A stretch of DNA of 64,000 nucleotides from Bacillota bacterium (GCA_050942825.1 JBMNOA010000002.1:4993-68992), one strand, 5' to 3'; numbered from the stretch's first letter, positions 45,130-54,796 are shown. Notes: generated from the sequence alone by a model not told the origin. Numbers and translations are program-made.

Positions 45130-45210
45130 TTAGCTGATCAAAACAGTATAAAGGATTTTGCTTCTTTGATGCAGAAATATGTAACATAAAATAATTAAGG
45201 ATGTGATTTT

Positions 45211-46173
45211 TTGCGCCAAGATTGGCAGAAATGGGAAGATCAATATCTGTCTCCTTATGCAGCCAGAAGCAGCCGCAGCTTGGGCCGCCTGAAACCTGAA
45301 GAGCCATGTCCGATCCGCACCGCTTATCAAAAAGACAGGGATAAGATCATCCATTCCAAAGCTTTTCGCCGTCTCAAGCATAAAACACAGGTCTTTATCG
45401 CACCTAAAGGTGATCATTTTCGTACCAGATTGACTCATGTTTTGGAGGTTTCTCAAATTGCCCGTACTATTGCCAGAGCTTTATGTCTCAATGAGGATCT
45501 GACGGAAGCTATTGCTTTGGGGCATGATTTAGGGCATACCCCTTTTGGGCATGCCGGAGAAAGAGCCTTGGCTACTCTTTATCCCGGCTTCAGCCATAAT
45601 AAACAAAGTTTGCGTGTGGTAGATTGTCTGGAAAGAGGCGGCCGAGGCCTTAACCTCACTTATGAAGTGAGGGACGGTATACTTAATCATTGTGGAGAAG
45701 GCGTGCCTGCTACTTTGGAGGGCAAAATAGTTCGTATTTCTGATCGTATAGCCTATATCACACATGATATTGATGATGCTATCAGAGCGGGGCTGATTTC
45801 AGAGGATGAATTGCCTTTATCAGCTACAGCTGTTTTAGGCAAAACTCATAGCATTAATATTGATACCATGGTTTTAGATATTATTAATAATAGCATGAAC
45901 AGAAATGATATAGAAATGTCGCCTAAAGTTACAGAGGCTATGAATGATTTACGCAATTATCTTTTTAATAAAGTCTATTTTCGTCCTCATGCTTTGAAAG
46001 AAGAACAAAAACTAAGCCGTAAATTAGTGGATTTTTATAATTATTATCTACAAAATACTGATGCTTTGCCTAAAGAATATATTTGTCAGCCTCTGACGGT
46101 AGCAGTTTGCGATTATATAGCTGGTATGACTGATAATTTTGCGCTAGAAGAACACGATCGTATTTTTGGCTAA
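45211..46173 (+). CDS. dgt: dGTP triphosphohydrolase-like HD-domain protein
   Basis: HD motif region FRTRLTHVLEVSQIAR...GHDLGHTPFGH; conserved dgt-dnaG-sigA arrangement. Confidence 0.88.
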   Translation: MRQDWQKWEDQYLSPYAARSSRSLGRLKPEEPCPIRTAYQKDRDKIIHSKAFRRLKHKTQVFIAPKGDHFRTRLTHVLEVSQIARTIARALCLNEDLTEAIALGHDLGHTPFGHAGERALATLYPGFSHNKQSLRVVDCLERGGRGLNLTYEVRDGILNHCGEGVPATLEGKIVRISDRIAYITHDIDDAIRAGLISEDELPLSATAVLGKTHSINIDTMVLDIINNSMNRNDIEMSPKVTEAMNDLRNYLFNKVYFRPHALKEEQKLSRKLVDFYNYYLQNTDALPKEYICQPLTVAVCDYIAGMTDNFALEEHDRIFG

Positions 46174-46176
46174 CAA

Positions 46177-46204
46177 AAAGAGAGCCTTTAAAGGCTCTCT
46201 TTTC
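46177..46204 (+). terminator. Intrinsic terminator (perfect palindrome AAAGAGAGCCTTT/AAAGGCTCTCTTT followed by T-tract)
   Basis: Read from the sequence. Confidence 0.8.
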
Positions 46205-46584
46205 AAGCTGCTGACAGCGGCACAAAAGAAGGAAAAACCTTTCCGCAGGGTCATGCTATATCGGCTGTGACCAAAAGCCGATCAGGGTTTTTAACCTTCT
46301 TTTAATATTTTGTTAAATATATTGATAAAATATACTTCAAATTTTGCTAAAATGTAAAACTTTCTGTAGGTATAAATTGCCATTTTTCGGTAATAATAGA
46401 AACGAAATAGCAGGAATATAATAAAAAAAAGCGAATATACCTGCCTAGGCATTATTAAGATAAATATACGATATTAGTCGATTAAGCAATAAAAAGTGCA
46501 ATAGAGGGAATTAATATGGAGGTGGCGAAAGATTATTAATTCATACTAAAGCATATTTTATGTAAATAATCCAGAGGTTCGTTC

Positions 46585-48372
46585 ATGAATATTTTCGTGC
46601 CACCGCAAATCCTTGATGAAATAATTCAAAAAACAGATATAGTGGAATTAGTCAGTGAATATCTTACTCTAAAAAAACAGGGTAAAAATTTCGTTGGCTT
46701 ATGCCCTTTCCATTCTGAGAACACGCCATCTTTTTCTGTCAGCCCCGAAAAGCAGATTTATTATTGTTTTGGCTGTCAAAAGGGTGGCAATGTCATCAAT
46801 TTCGTAATGGAGACCGAGGGTCTGACTTTGCCGGAAGCTGCTGAAAAATTAGCAGAGAGACTTGGTATTGCCATCCCCGAAAAAGATTATGATTTCAAGC
46901 AAAATGCTAAGCAAAAAGAAAAGCAGGATATATTGCGTATTCATCAGCTGGCTGCAGATTTTTACAGACACCACTTGTATGGTGCTCAGAGTAAGGTAGG
47001 CGCCAACTATTGTGCTAAAAGGGGTCTTGGCAAAGAAATTATTAATGCTTTTGCTATTGGTTATGCGCCGGAAAATGATTGGCAGGCCTTAGGTAATTAT
47101 CTAAAAAAGCAGGGTTATGCTCCAGCTTTGATAGAAAAAGCCGGTTTGATCAGCAAAAGCGCTAAAACAGGTCATTATTATGATAAATTTCATGGCCGTT
47201 TGATTTTCCCCATTTGTGATTATCGCTCCCATGTTATCGCCTTTGGCGGTCGTATAATTGGAGAAGGCCAGCCTAAATATATAAATTCTACGCAAACGCT
47301 TATTTATAATAAATCACATAATCTTTATGCAATACATATAGCTGCATCTTCCATCCGCCAAAATGATTTGGCTATAGTTATGGAAGGCTATATGGATGTC
47401 ATCATGGCTCATCAAAATGGTGTCACTAATGCGGTAGCCTCTTTGGGTACGGCTTTGACTGCACCACAGGCGCGTTTGCTGAAAAGATATACTACCAATG
47501 TCCTACTGGCTTATGATGGGGACAGTGCCGGTACCAAGGCTGCTCAAAGAGGCTTGGAAGTTATGAGCCAAGAGGGCCTTAATATCCGTATTTTGCCTTT
47601 GCCACGGGATATGGATCCCGATGCTTTTTTGCGTCAAAATGGCAAAGCAGGTTGGGATGATTTTGTACAAAAACACTCTTTGGGTGTTTTGGAATATCTC
47701 TTAAAGGCTGCCGAAGCCAAATATCCCGCTAAAAGCGTAACTGATAAGGGATTGATAATCAAACAATTAATCCCGGCTATCAGCAAAACATCCAGTCATG
47801 TGGAAAGAGATAGTTTTATCCGTTTATTAGCCCATAGATTAGAGGTAGAGGCGGAAGCAATTTATGCTGACTTGGCTAAAAACGGAATAAAAATCAGCAA
47901 CTCTGCCTCCAAAACAAAAGTAGCCTCAAAGAAACCAATTATTGTCAAGTCCCCTTCTTTAAAGGCTATCAATCCGCTATTTTCTTTGCTTTTGCAAGAT
48001 AAAGAATCTTTTTATCGCATGAGGCAAGAAACAGGTTATGATTTTTGCCGCAACGAAGAGGAAAAAAAATTGGTAGAACTCGTTGAGTCTTTAGGTGATA
48101 ATTATGATTGGCAAATTGTAACTTTATTGCATATATTACCACAGGAAAATGAAGGGTTACGACAACTTTTGTTGAATTTATTACAAGCAGAAGTTCCCCT
48201 ATCTAATAGTTCCGATATCATTGATACTTGGATAAAAAACTGTAAATTGAACAATTTGCAAAAAGAGATCCTGATTTTGCGCCAAGAGCTTACCGAACAC
48301 CCAGAAAATTGCCATAATTTATTAAAAAAGATAAGCACTTTACAACGAAAAGTGCAAAAATTAAAATCATAA
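46585..48372 (+). CDS. dnaG: DNA primase
   Basis: Zn-finger CPFHSENTPSFSV...CFGC; TOPRIM EGYMDV...DGDSAG. Confidence 0.95.
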   Translation: MNIFVPPQILDEIIQKTDIVELVSEYLTLKKQGKNFVGLCPFHSENTPSFSVSPEKQIYYCFGCQKGGNVINFVMETEGLTLPEAAEKLAERLGIAIPEKDYDFKQNAKQKEKQDILRIHQLAADFYRHHLYGAQSKVGANYCAKRGLGKEIINAFAIGYAPENDWQALGNYLKKQGYAPALIEKAGLISKSAKTGHYYDKFHGRLIFPICDYRSHVIAFGGRIIGEGQPKYINSTQTLIYNKSHNLYAIHIAASSIRQNDLAIVMEGYMDVIMAHQNGVTNAVASLGTALTAPQARLLKRYTTNVLLAYDGDSAGTKAAQRGLEVMSQEGLNIRILPLPRDMDPDAFLRQNGKAGWDDFVQKHSLGVLEYLLKAAEAKYPAKSVTDKGLIIKQLIPAISKTSSHVERDSFIRLLAHRLEVEAEAIYADLAKNGIKISNSASKTKVASKKPIIVKSPSLKAINPLFSLLLQDKESFYRMRQETGYDFCRNEEEKKLVELVESLGDNYDWQIVTLLHILPQENEGLRQLLLNLLQAEVPLSNSSDIIDTWIKNCKLNNLQKEILILRQELTEHPENCHNLLKKISTLQRKVQKLKS

Positions 48373-48415
48373 AAATTAATAATAATCCCCTTAGGAAAGA
48401 GAGGTTACCTACAAG

Positions 48416-49519
48416 GTGGAACATACTAAAACGGAGGCAGTGAAAAACTTAATAGAATCAGCCAAACAGAGAGGACATATTTCTTATGTTGATATTATGG
48501 ATGCTCTCAGCGAAGTGGATCTCACCCCTGAACAAATAGATGAAATCTATGAAAAGTTAGGGCAATTGGGTGTGGAAATAGGCGTGGCCTCCGTAATGAT
48601 CGAATCTGCAGACGAGGTTGAGGACTCCGATGAGGTATTGTTGCCGGCCGGAGAACCTATAGACATTGATTTATCGGTACCGGAAGGGATCGCTATTGAT
48701 GACCCTGTCCGTATGTATCTAAAAGAAATAGGGCGAGTTCCTTTACTTTCCGCTGAGGAAGAGGTTATTTTGGCCAAAAGGATGGAAGAAGGCGATGAAG
48801 AATCCCGCCGCCGTCTGGCAGAAGCCAATTTGCGTCTGGTGGTCAGTATAGCTAAACGCTATGTAGGGCGGGGTATGCTCTTTTTGGATCTTATTCAAGA
48901 GGGTAATCTGGGCTTGATCAAAGCTGTAGAAAAGTTTGACTATCATAAAGGCTATAAATTTAGTACCTATGCTACTTGGTGGATTAGGCAGGCTATCACT
49001 CGAGCCATTGCCGATCAAGCTCGTACAATTCGTATACCTGTGCATATGGTAGAAACTATCAATAAACTTATCCGTATCCAACGCAATCTTATTCAAGAAC
49101 TGGGGCGTGATCCTTCTCCTGAAGAAATTGCCAAAGAGATGGAGATACCCGTAGAAAAAGTCCGTGATATCTTAAAAATTTCTCAAGAACCGGTATCTTT
49201 GGAAACCCCTATCGGTGAGGAAGAGGATAGTCATTTAGGGGATTTTATCGAAGATGAAGAAGCTCTTGCTCCAGCTGAGGCTGCATCTTTTTTCCTTTTA
49301 AGGGAACAATTGGAGGATGTTTTGAGTACTTTAACACCTAGAGAAAAAAAAGTATTGCAATTGCGTTTTGGGCTGGATGACGGACGTAGCCGTACTTTGG
49401 AAGAGGTCGGCCAGGTTTTTGGTGTAACCCGTGAAAGAATTCGCCAAATAGAAGCAAAAGCTTTAAGAAAATTGCGTCATCCCAGCAGAAGCAAAAAACT
49501 TAAAGATTATTTGGACTAA
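48416..49519 (+). CDS. sigA: RNA polymerase sigma factor SigA (sigma-70)
   Basis: Region 2.4/3/4 signatures [27 protein letters not shown] and [20 protein letters not shown]. Confidence 0.95.
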   Translation: MEHTKTEAVKNLIESAKQRGHISYVDIMDALSEVDLTPEQIDEIYEKLGQLGVEIGVASVMIESADEVEDSDEVLLPAGEPIDIDLSVPEGIAIDDPVRMYLKEIGRVPLLSAEEEVILAKRMEEGDEESRRRLAEANLRLVVSIAKRYVGRGMLFLDLIQEGNLGLIKAVEKFDYHKGYKFSTYATWWIRQAITRAIADQARTIRIPVHMVETINKLIRIQRNLIQELGRDPSPEEIAKEMEIPVEKVRDILKISQEPVSLETPIGEEEDSHLGDFIEDEEALAPAEAASFFLLREQLEDVLSTLTPREKKVLQLRFGLDDGRSRTLEEVGQVFGVTRERIRQIEAKALRKLRHPSRSKKLKDYLD

Positions 49520-49523
49520 TAAC

Positions 49524-49550
49524 AACCGGGTCTGTTCGACCCGGTTTTTC
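49524..49550 (+). terminator. Intrinsic terminator after sigA (AACCGGGTC tgttc GACCCGGTT followed by TTT)
   Basis: Read from the sequence. Confidence 0.85.
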
Positions 49551-49563
49551 TTTAATTCTTTTC

Positions 49564-49592
49564 TTGACCACTATCGATAAATTTAGTATAAT
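49564..49592 (+). promoter_or_regulatory. Consensus sigma-A promoter (TTGACC-17nt-TATAAT) for the tRNA gene
   Basis: Read from the sequence, ~27 nt upstream of the tRNA 5' end. Confidence 0.65.
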
Positions 49593-49619
49593 ATAATTCG
49601 CTCGGCTATTTGATGTTGA

Positions 49620-49694
49620 GGGCCTATAGCTCAGCGGTAGAGCCACCGGCTCATAACCGGTCGGTCCCTGGTTCGATCCCAGGTGGGCCCACCA
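49620..49694 (+). tRNA. tRNA with anticodon CAT (elongator tRNA-Met or lysidine-modified tRNA-Ile2; not an initiator), CCA-encoded
   Basis: Cloverleaf folded by hand: 7-bp acceptor GGGCCTA/TGGGCCC, D-arm GCTCAGCGGTAGAGC, anticodon stem ACCGG/CCGGT with loop CTCATAA, T-arm CCTGGTTCGATCCCAGG, then ACCA; G1-C72 is paired and the anticodon stem lacks GGG/CCC, so it is not tRNA-fMet. Confidence 0.9.
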
Positions 49695-49962
49695 AAATAA
49701 AAGCCTCTCAAATGCCTATATTTTGGGTGTTTAAGAGGCTTGATATTTTTATCTTCAAAAGAATCATGAACTATTTTTGCATTTATCCATAATCATAATA
49801 CTGATAGTTTCCTTCTCGAAACAGACATGTACTAACAACAAAGAATATTTCTTATATGGTGGCTACTAGAAACGATGGTGTTAAATACATTGCTAAAAGA
49901 AAACCGGGTGTTTTATTAAAATATGCCAACTTTGATATATTATAGAGAAGGACATCAATTTC

Positions 49963-50256
49963 TTGAGAAAACAGCTAAAAGATGTTAAAATAACTATAAG
50001 TAAAATGAACATACTAAGAGAAGAAAAGATAGTGGATAATTACTTCGCGATTTTACGGGAGTGGTGGAATATGACGGAAGAAAAAAATAAACCCTGGTAT
50101 AGTCCCCCCATGATGGAAAACCCGTTTTTTCACCCTGATATAACTCCTGAGGAGTATGATGTCGAAAGAGCCTATTTTGTTAAACATTGGGATAATTATA
50201 AACGTGGCTTATATAAACTACTGTGGAAGCAGCAACAAGAAAATGTTAATAGATAG
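49963..50256 (+). CDS. Hypothetical protein (orphan; start uncertain among 49963, 50005 and 50071)
   Basis: 97-aa ORF, Trp/Tyr-rich; no recognisable motifs; poor RBS. Confidence 0.3.
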   Translation: MRKQLKDVKITISKMNILREEKIVDNYFAILREWWNMTEEKNKPWYSPPMMENPFFHPDITPEEYDVERAYFVKHWDNYKRGLYKLLWKQQQENVNR

Positions 50257-50456
50257 AAACCATCTACTGGTAAACGGTAGGTGGTTTTTTAATGCTCATT
50301 TTTAGTTAATCAGCACTTTGTCATTTGATGGAGTGTTTTTGATTATGCCCTGAGCACGGCGTAAAAAGGTTCAATATTTCGCTATCTGCCAGCAAAAAAT
50401 GCAGGACGGTTAGTGATGCAACCACGTTAAAAGCGTAACCGAGAAAGGATAGACAC

Positions 50457-50573
50457 ATGAAAAGAGAGTTTTTAAAAGGGTTAGAGCTTGCCGATGATAT
50501 TACAGATCAAATCATGGCCGAACACGGCAAAGGCATTGAGAAATATAAAACGGCAAACGAGAGCTGGATATAA
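50457..50573 (+). pseudogene. Truncated N-terminal fragment (38 codons) of a phage scaffold / GP20-like minor structural protein gene
   Basis: MKREFLKGLELADDITDQIMAEHGKGIEKYKTANESWI* with a GAGAAAGGA RBS; the MKREFL.GLGL...I..IMAE.GK N-terminus is characteristic of Firmicutes phage scaffold proteins (from memory). Confidence 0.45.
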
Positions 50574-50662
50574 ATCCATTGTAAAAAGAAAAATATAAAG
50601 GAAAAAATATTTTATTTGCGAATATCTATTGGTATAAAAGATTATTAAAGAAGGGGATCAGT

Positions 50663-51358
50663 ATGCAAATAGAACTTAGCCATCGTTTGGATAAAGTTGC
50701 CGGCATGGTTATTCCCGGGAAAATTACTGCCGATATCGGAGCCGACCATGCTTATTTGTCGGTTTATTTGGTAATCAATAATATTTGTCCCAAGGTTATC
50801 GCTACTGATAGGGTTAGAGGGCCTTTGGTTTCTGCCCGCCAATTAGTTGAACTCCTTTCTTTGGATAAGCAAATAGATATTCGCTTAGGGGAAGGATTAG
50901 AAGTGCTAACCCCCGGTGAGGCTGCTACTATCTGCATAGCCGGTATGGGTGGCTCTACCATCAGGTCTATTTTGCATGCTTCCCCTGATGTGTTGGAAAA
51001 GACGCAAAGATTGGTGCTGCAGCCGCAGAGAAATATTGCTGATCTTCGTTATTACCTAGCGGAGACCGGCTGGAAAATCATTGCTGAAGAGATTGTTATG
51101 GATAGCGGTTTTTATTATCAGATAATGTCTGTGGAAAAGGGTCACATGGTTCTTACTGATGAAGAGGCTGAGTTTGGCCCATTGCTTTTAGCTAGGAGGC
51201 ATCCGCTTTTGACTTCTTATATGGAATTGAAGCTGGCTGATTATAAAAGTCTGATAGAAAGATTAAATGCGCAAGAGGGTGTTGATGTTCAGGCTCGAAT
51301 TGAGGAGCTGATGGACGAAGTCGCCTCCATAGAAAAATTACTGGCAAATTATGGTTAA
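50663..51358 (+). CDS. trmK: tRNA (adenine22-N1)-methyltransferase TrmK (YqfN-like)
   Basis: ITADIGADHAYLSVYLV N-terminal SAM-binding region; position downstream of sigA as in Bacillus. Confidence 0.8.
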   Translation: MQIELSHRLDKVAGMVIPGKITADIGADHAYLSVYLVINNICPKVIATDRVRGPLVSARQLVELLSLDKQIDIRLGEGLEVLTPGEAATICIAGMGGSTIRSILHASPDVLEKTQRLVLQPQRNIADLRYYLAETGWKIIAEEIVMDSGFYYQIMSVEKGHMVLTDEEAEFGPLLLARRHPLLTSYMELKLADYKSLIERLNAQEGVDVQARIEELMDEVASIEKLLANYG

Positions 51359-51421
51359 AAAAAACAGAAAATAGGCTTTAATTTCTTTTCTGTTTATATT
51401 TTATAATAAAATGTTAAAAAG

Positions 51422-51450
51422 TTGCGAAAAAAGTGTACAAGTGCTATAAT
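51422..51450 (+). promoter_or_regulatory. Promoter of rnpB (TTGCGA-17nt-TGC-TATAAT, extended -10)
   Basis: Read from the sequence immediately upstream of the RNase P RNA P1 helix. Confidence 0.65.
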
Positions 51451-51466
51451 ATTATATCGCCGAGTT

Positions 51467-51830
51467 TTATCCGAGTAAGACGAATGAACGCAGGCAGAGT
51501 GCCGAAAGGCCCTGTCTGAGGAAAGTCCGGGCTCCATAGGGCAAAGTGCTGGCTAACGGCCAGTGAGGGCGACCTTAAGGATAGTGCCACAGAAATGCAA
51601 ACCGCCTCCGCTTTTATTGGGGGTAAGGATGGAACGGTGCGGTAAGAGCGCACCAGCAATCAGGTGACTGATTGGCTAGGTAAACCCCACTTGGAGCAAG
51701 ACCGAAAAGGAAAATATCAGGGCTGCCCGTCCTTTTTTCTGGGTTAGGTTGCTAAAGACTTCTGGCAACAGATGTCGTAGATAGATGTTCATTTATTACA
51801 GAACTCGGCTTACAGACTTGCTCGGATCAG
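51467..51830 (+). ncRNA. rnpB: RNase P RNA, bacterial type A
   Basis: Universally conserved GGAAAGTCCGGGCTCCATAGGGCA, GGTGCGGTAAGAGCGCACC and GGTAAACCCCACTTGGAGCAAG blocks; P1 helix CCGAGTAAG (51471-51479) pairs with CTTGCTCGG (51817-51825); the ends are approximate (+/-10 nt). Confidence 0.9.
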
Positions 51831-51874
51831 CTCGGTAATTTGTTAAATGATGATGTGATAGAGGGGGAAAAACA

Positions 51875-52258
51875 GTGCAGGATTTACAGCAGTTATTTGA
51901 GAAAATGCAAGACTATACCAAAATGACGGAAGAATTGCCTTTTCCCGAATTCTCTCAATATTATCAAGAAGTCATGACCTGCTTGCAAAAAGATTATCAA
52001 GAATTTGATCAAGAGGATTTGATCAAGGCTAAAGGTATTTGTTCGATAATTTTTATCAATGCTCAAGCAAGAGCTATGAAAAAAGATGATAACCGCAAAA
52101 AATTTCTAAAAATAGCGGAAAAATCAAATTTCTGGCAGGATGCTATCAAGTCCCGTCTTATGAAAGAGGGACTTTCCGCTCAGGAAATAAGCGACAAAGA
52201 GGAAGCACTATGGCAAGATGATGCCAGCGCAGAGACAAGCGAAGAAGCCGGCCAATAA
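51875..52258 (+). CDS. Hypothetical acidic protein (127 aa)
   Basis: GTG start after a GAGGGGG RBS; no recognisable motifs. Confidence 0.55.
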   Translation: MQDLQQLFEKMQDYTKMTEELPFPEFSQYYQEVMTCLQKDYQEFDQEDLIKAKGICSIIFINAQARAMKKDDNRKKFLKIAEKSNFWQDAIKSRLMKEGLSAQEISDKEEALWQDDASAETSEEAGQ

Positions 52259-52296
52259 GCAGACGTTTTGATTATTGACTTAAAGGAGGGTTTGCT

Positions 52297-52929
52297 TTGC
52301 GCCTGCGCCGACAGCCACAGGCTAAAGAATTTATTCAAAAGAGTGAGCTTTTACTGACCCGGCCACAAGATTTTATTGGTAGGTGGTCATCTATTTATCC
52401 TGTAGGCCCCATATATTTGGAGATAGGCATGGGTAAAGGCCGTTTTATTACCGATTGCGCCTTGCGCTTCCCTGAGAATAATTATCTGGGTTTGGAACTC
52501 AGAGAAGAGATGATTATGACAGCTATTGGTCGGCTGCAGGGGCAAGTCCCGCATAATTTACGCTTTTTATGGCTCAATGCCCGATTATTGCCCGATATTT
52601 TTGCTCAGGGAGAAATAAATGGCATTTATCTCAATTTTTCCGATCCCTGGCCAAAAAAAAGACATGCTAAAAGAAGATTGACCCATCCTAATTTTTTGCA
52701 TATATATGAACATATTTTACATCCTGACGGACAAATATTTTTCAAAACTGATAATCAGGATTTCTATTATTGGTCTTTAGATAGTTTTTCCGATAATAAT
52801 TGGAAGATTATAGAAAAAAGTAAGGATTGGCCTTTATGTGAGGGTGATGTAATGACGGAATACGAACAAAGATATCGCCAAAAAGGCCAGCCTATTTATT
52901 TTTGTCGTTTGGCCAATCCAGATAAATAA
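52297..52929 (+). CDS. trmB: tRNA (guanine46-N7)-methyltransferase
   Basis: TTG start after an AAGGAGGG RBS; LEIGMGKG; NFSDPWPKKRHAKRRL. Confidence 0.9.
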   Translation: MRLRRQPQAKEFIQKSELLLTRPQDFIGRWSSIYPVGPIYLEIGMGKGRFITDCALRFPENNYLGLELREEMIMTAIGRLQGQVPHNLRFLWLNARLLPDIFAQGEINGIYLNFSDPWPKKRHAKRRLTHPNFLHIYEHILHPDGQIFFKTDNQDFYYWSLDSFSDNNWKIIEKSKDWPLCEGDVMTEYEQRYRQKGQPIYFCRLANPDK

Positions 52930-52949
52930 TACTTGTAAGGAGGGGTATT

Positions 52950-54428
52950 ATGAAATATATCAGCACCAGAAGCAAAAGTGAACCTATTAGCGCAGCTGCG
53001 GCGATTTGTTTAGGCATAGCTCCTGACGGAGGGTTATTCGTTCCTCAAAGTTTTCCCTATTTTATGCCGGAAAACATAGCCTCTATGTCCTATCGCGATC
53101 TGGCCGAGAAAATTTTTGCTCTTTATCTGGAAGATTATAGCGAGCAAGAAATTGCTTCTATGGTTGATGCTGCATATTACAGCGGTAATTTTGATGAACA
53201 GATAGCTCCGACTGTAACTGTGGGCGAAAGAGAAGTTTTGGAATTGTGGCATGGCCCGACAGCTGCTTTTAAAGATATGGCTTTGCAGATAATGCCCCGC
53301 TTTTTGTCAGCCGCCGTTAAAAAAATCGGTGATGACAAAGAGATCGTTATACTGGTTGCTACTTCCGGTGATACTGGCAAAGCGGCTTTAGAAGGTTTCA
53401 AAGATGTGGATGGCGTAAAAATAATCGTCTTTTATCCCGCAGGCGGTGTCAGCCGCATTCAGGAATTACAGATGCTGACCACTACCGGCAATAATACCTA
53501 TGTGGTGGGCGTAAAGGGTAATTTTGACCATTGTCAGACTGCGGTCAAAGAGGTCTTTGCCGACCAAGAGTTTGCTATCAAAATGGCAGCGGCGGATAAG
53601 CAATTCTCTTCTGCCAATTCCATTAACTGGGGTAGACTTTTGCCACAGATTGTTTATTATTATTATGCCTATGCTCAGATGGTGGCCAAAGGTAGGATCA
53701 AAGTAGGCCAAAAGATCAATGCTGTAGTACCTACAGGTAATTTCGGCGATATATTGGCCGCATATTATGCAAAAAAAATGGGTCTGCCCTTGGATAAGCT
53801 GGTCTGTGCTTCCAATGAAAATAATGTTTTGACCGATGTCATTAAAGACGGCTATTATAATAGAGTCAGGCCTTTCTATAAAACCACCAGCCCTTCTATG
53901 GACATCTTGGTTTCCAGTAATTTTGAAAGATTTGTCTTTGATATGCTGGATCAAGATGCCCAAGAAACAGCTGCTGATTTCCAAAAACTCAAAGCAGAGG
54001 GTAGTTTCTCTGTACCTGCAGAAGTAACCGCTAGGTGGAAAGAATTTCTGGCAGCAGACTATGCTGATCAAAAAGAAGCTGCAACTGCAATTGCCCAAGT
54101 GTTTGTTAAATATCAATATCTTATGGACCCTCATACGGCAGTGGCTTATGCTGTAGCTGATAAATATCTAGAGCAAACTGGGGATAAATCCCCCCTTTTG
54201 ATAGTTTCTACAGCTAGCCCTTATAAATTTCCGGCAGCAGTACTGCAAGCATTGGGTCAGGATATAAAAGATATCGATGAAAATGAACTGCCGGCACTCT
54301 TGGCCAAGATTTCCGGGGGCACTGTACATCCGGCTTTATTGGATGTCGACAAAAAAGAAATCCGTCATCACCGTCAGGCTGATAAAGAAGAGATAGCGCA
54401 AACGGTAGCGGATATTCTAGGATTATAA
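52950..54428 (+). CDS. thrC: Threonine synthase (long form)
   Basis: PLP-binding lysine context PTAAFKDMALQ; 492 aa. Confidence 0.92.
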   Translation: MKYISTRSKSEPISAAAAICLGIAPDGGLFVPQSFPYFMPENIASMSYRDLAEKIFALYLEDYSEQEIASMVDAAYYSGNFDEQIAPTVTVGEREVLELWHGPTAAFKDMALQIMPRFLSAAVKKIGDDKEIVILVATSGDTGKAALEGFKDVDGVKIIVFYPAGGVSRIQELQMLTTTGNNTYVVGVKGNFDHCQTAVKEVFADQEFAIKMAAADKQFSSANSINWGRLLPQIVYYYYAYAQMVAKGRIKVGQKINAVVPTGNFGDILAAYYAKKMGLPLDKLVCASNENNVLTDVIKDGYYNRVRPFYKTTSPSMDILVSSNFERFVFDMLDQDAQETAADFQKLKAEGSFSVPAEVTARWKEFLAADYADQKEAATAIAQVFVKYQYLMDPHTAVAYAVADKYLEQTGDKSPLLIVSTASPYKFPAAVLQALGQDIKDIDENELPALLAKISGGTVHPALLDVDKKEIRHHRQADKEEIAQTVADILGL

Positions 54429-54455
54429 TGGGGTTTGTTTGATAGAAAATTATAA

Positions 54456-54486
54456 AAAAGCAGCTCATTTGAGCTGCTTTTGTTTT
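54456..54486. terminator. Bidirectional intrinsic terminator between the convergent thrC and zf-trcl genes (AAAAGCAGCTCA..TGAGCTGCTTTT, with A/T tracts on both sides)
   Basis: Read from the sequence. Confidence 0.85.
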
Positions 54487-54505
54487 ATTAATCAATTCTT
54501 ATCAA

Positions 54506-54796
54506 TTAATAAGATTGACGTTGTTTTTCGTAACAGTCGCGGCAATATACCGGGCGGTCTTCTGTTGGACGAAAAGGAACTTGCGTATCCACACCACATT
54601 CTGCACAGACTACGTTGAACATTTCACGTTCGCCACGAGCGCTGTTGCGTTGACGTTTACGGGCCGCACGACATTCGGAACAACGGGCAGGATCGTTTTG
54701 AAATCCTTTTTCAGCATAAAATTCTTGCTCGGAAGCGGAGAAAATAAATTCAGCACCACATTCCTTGCAGGTTAGAGTTCTGTCTTCAAAAGCCAT
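54506..54796 (-). CDS. Double zinc-ribbon protein (zf-trcl-like; two CxxC-x17-21-CxxC units)
   Basis: CKECGAEFIFSASEQEFYAEKGFQNDPARCSECR and CAECGV...CRDCY; GAAGGAGGA RBS. Confidence 0.85.
   Translation of the reverse strand: MAFEDRTLTCKECGAEFIFSASEQEFYAEKGFQNDPARCSECRAARKRQRNSARGEREMFNVVCAECGVDTQVPFRPTEDRPVYCRDCYEKQRQSY

Larger units (their letters stand above)
49695..50660 (+). mobile_element. Decayed insertion remnant downstream of tRNA-Met: AT-rich, mostly non-coding, with one orphan ORF and a truncated phage scaffold-protein gene fragment
   Basis: Low coding density between the tRNA and trmK; fragment 50457-50573 resembles the Firmicutes phage scaffold/GP20 N-terminus; no att repeats were identified. 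Confidence 0.35.

Noticed and set aside
49620-49694. Possibility that the CAT tRNA is the initiator tRNA-fMet
   Set aside because: Position 1-72 is a G-C pair and the anticodon stem lacks the three consecutive G-C pairs (GGG/CCC) typical of initiators. It is therefore an elongator Met or lysidine-Ile2 type.
49610-49792. 60-aa ORF overlapping the tRNA gene
   Set aside because: It is fully explained by the tRNA-Met gene and its flanking sequence.
52930-52949. T-box or attenuator leader upstream of thrC
   Set aside because: Only 20 nt separate trmB and thrC, which leaves no room for a leader, so thrC is co-transcribed with trmB.
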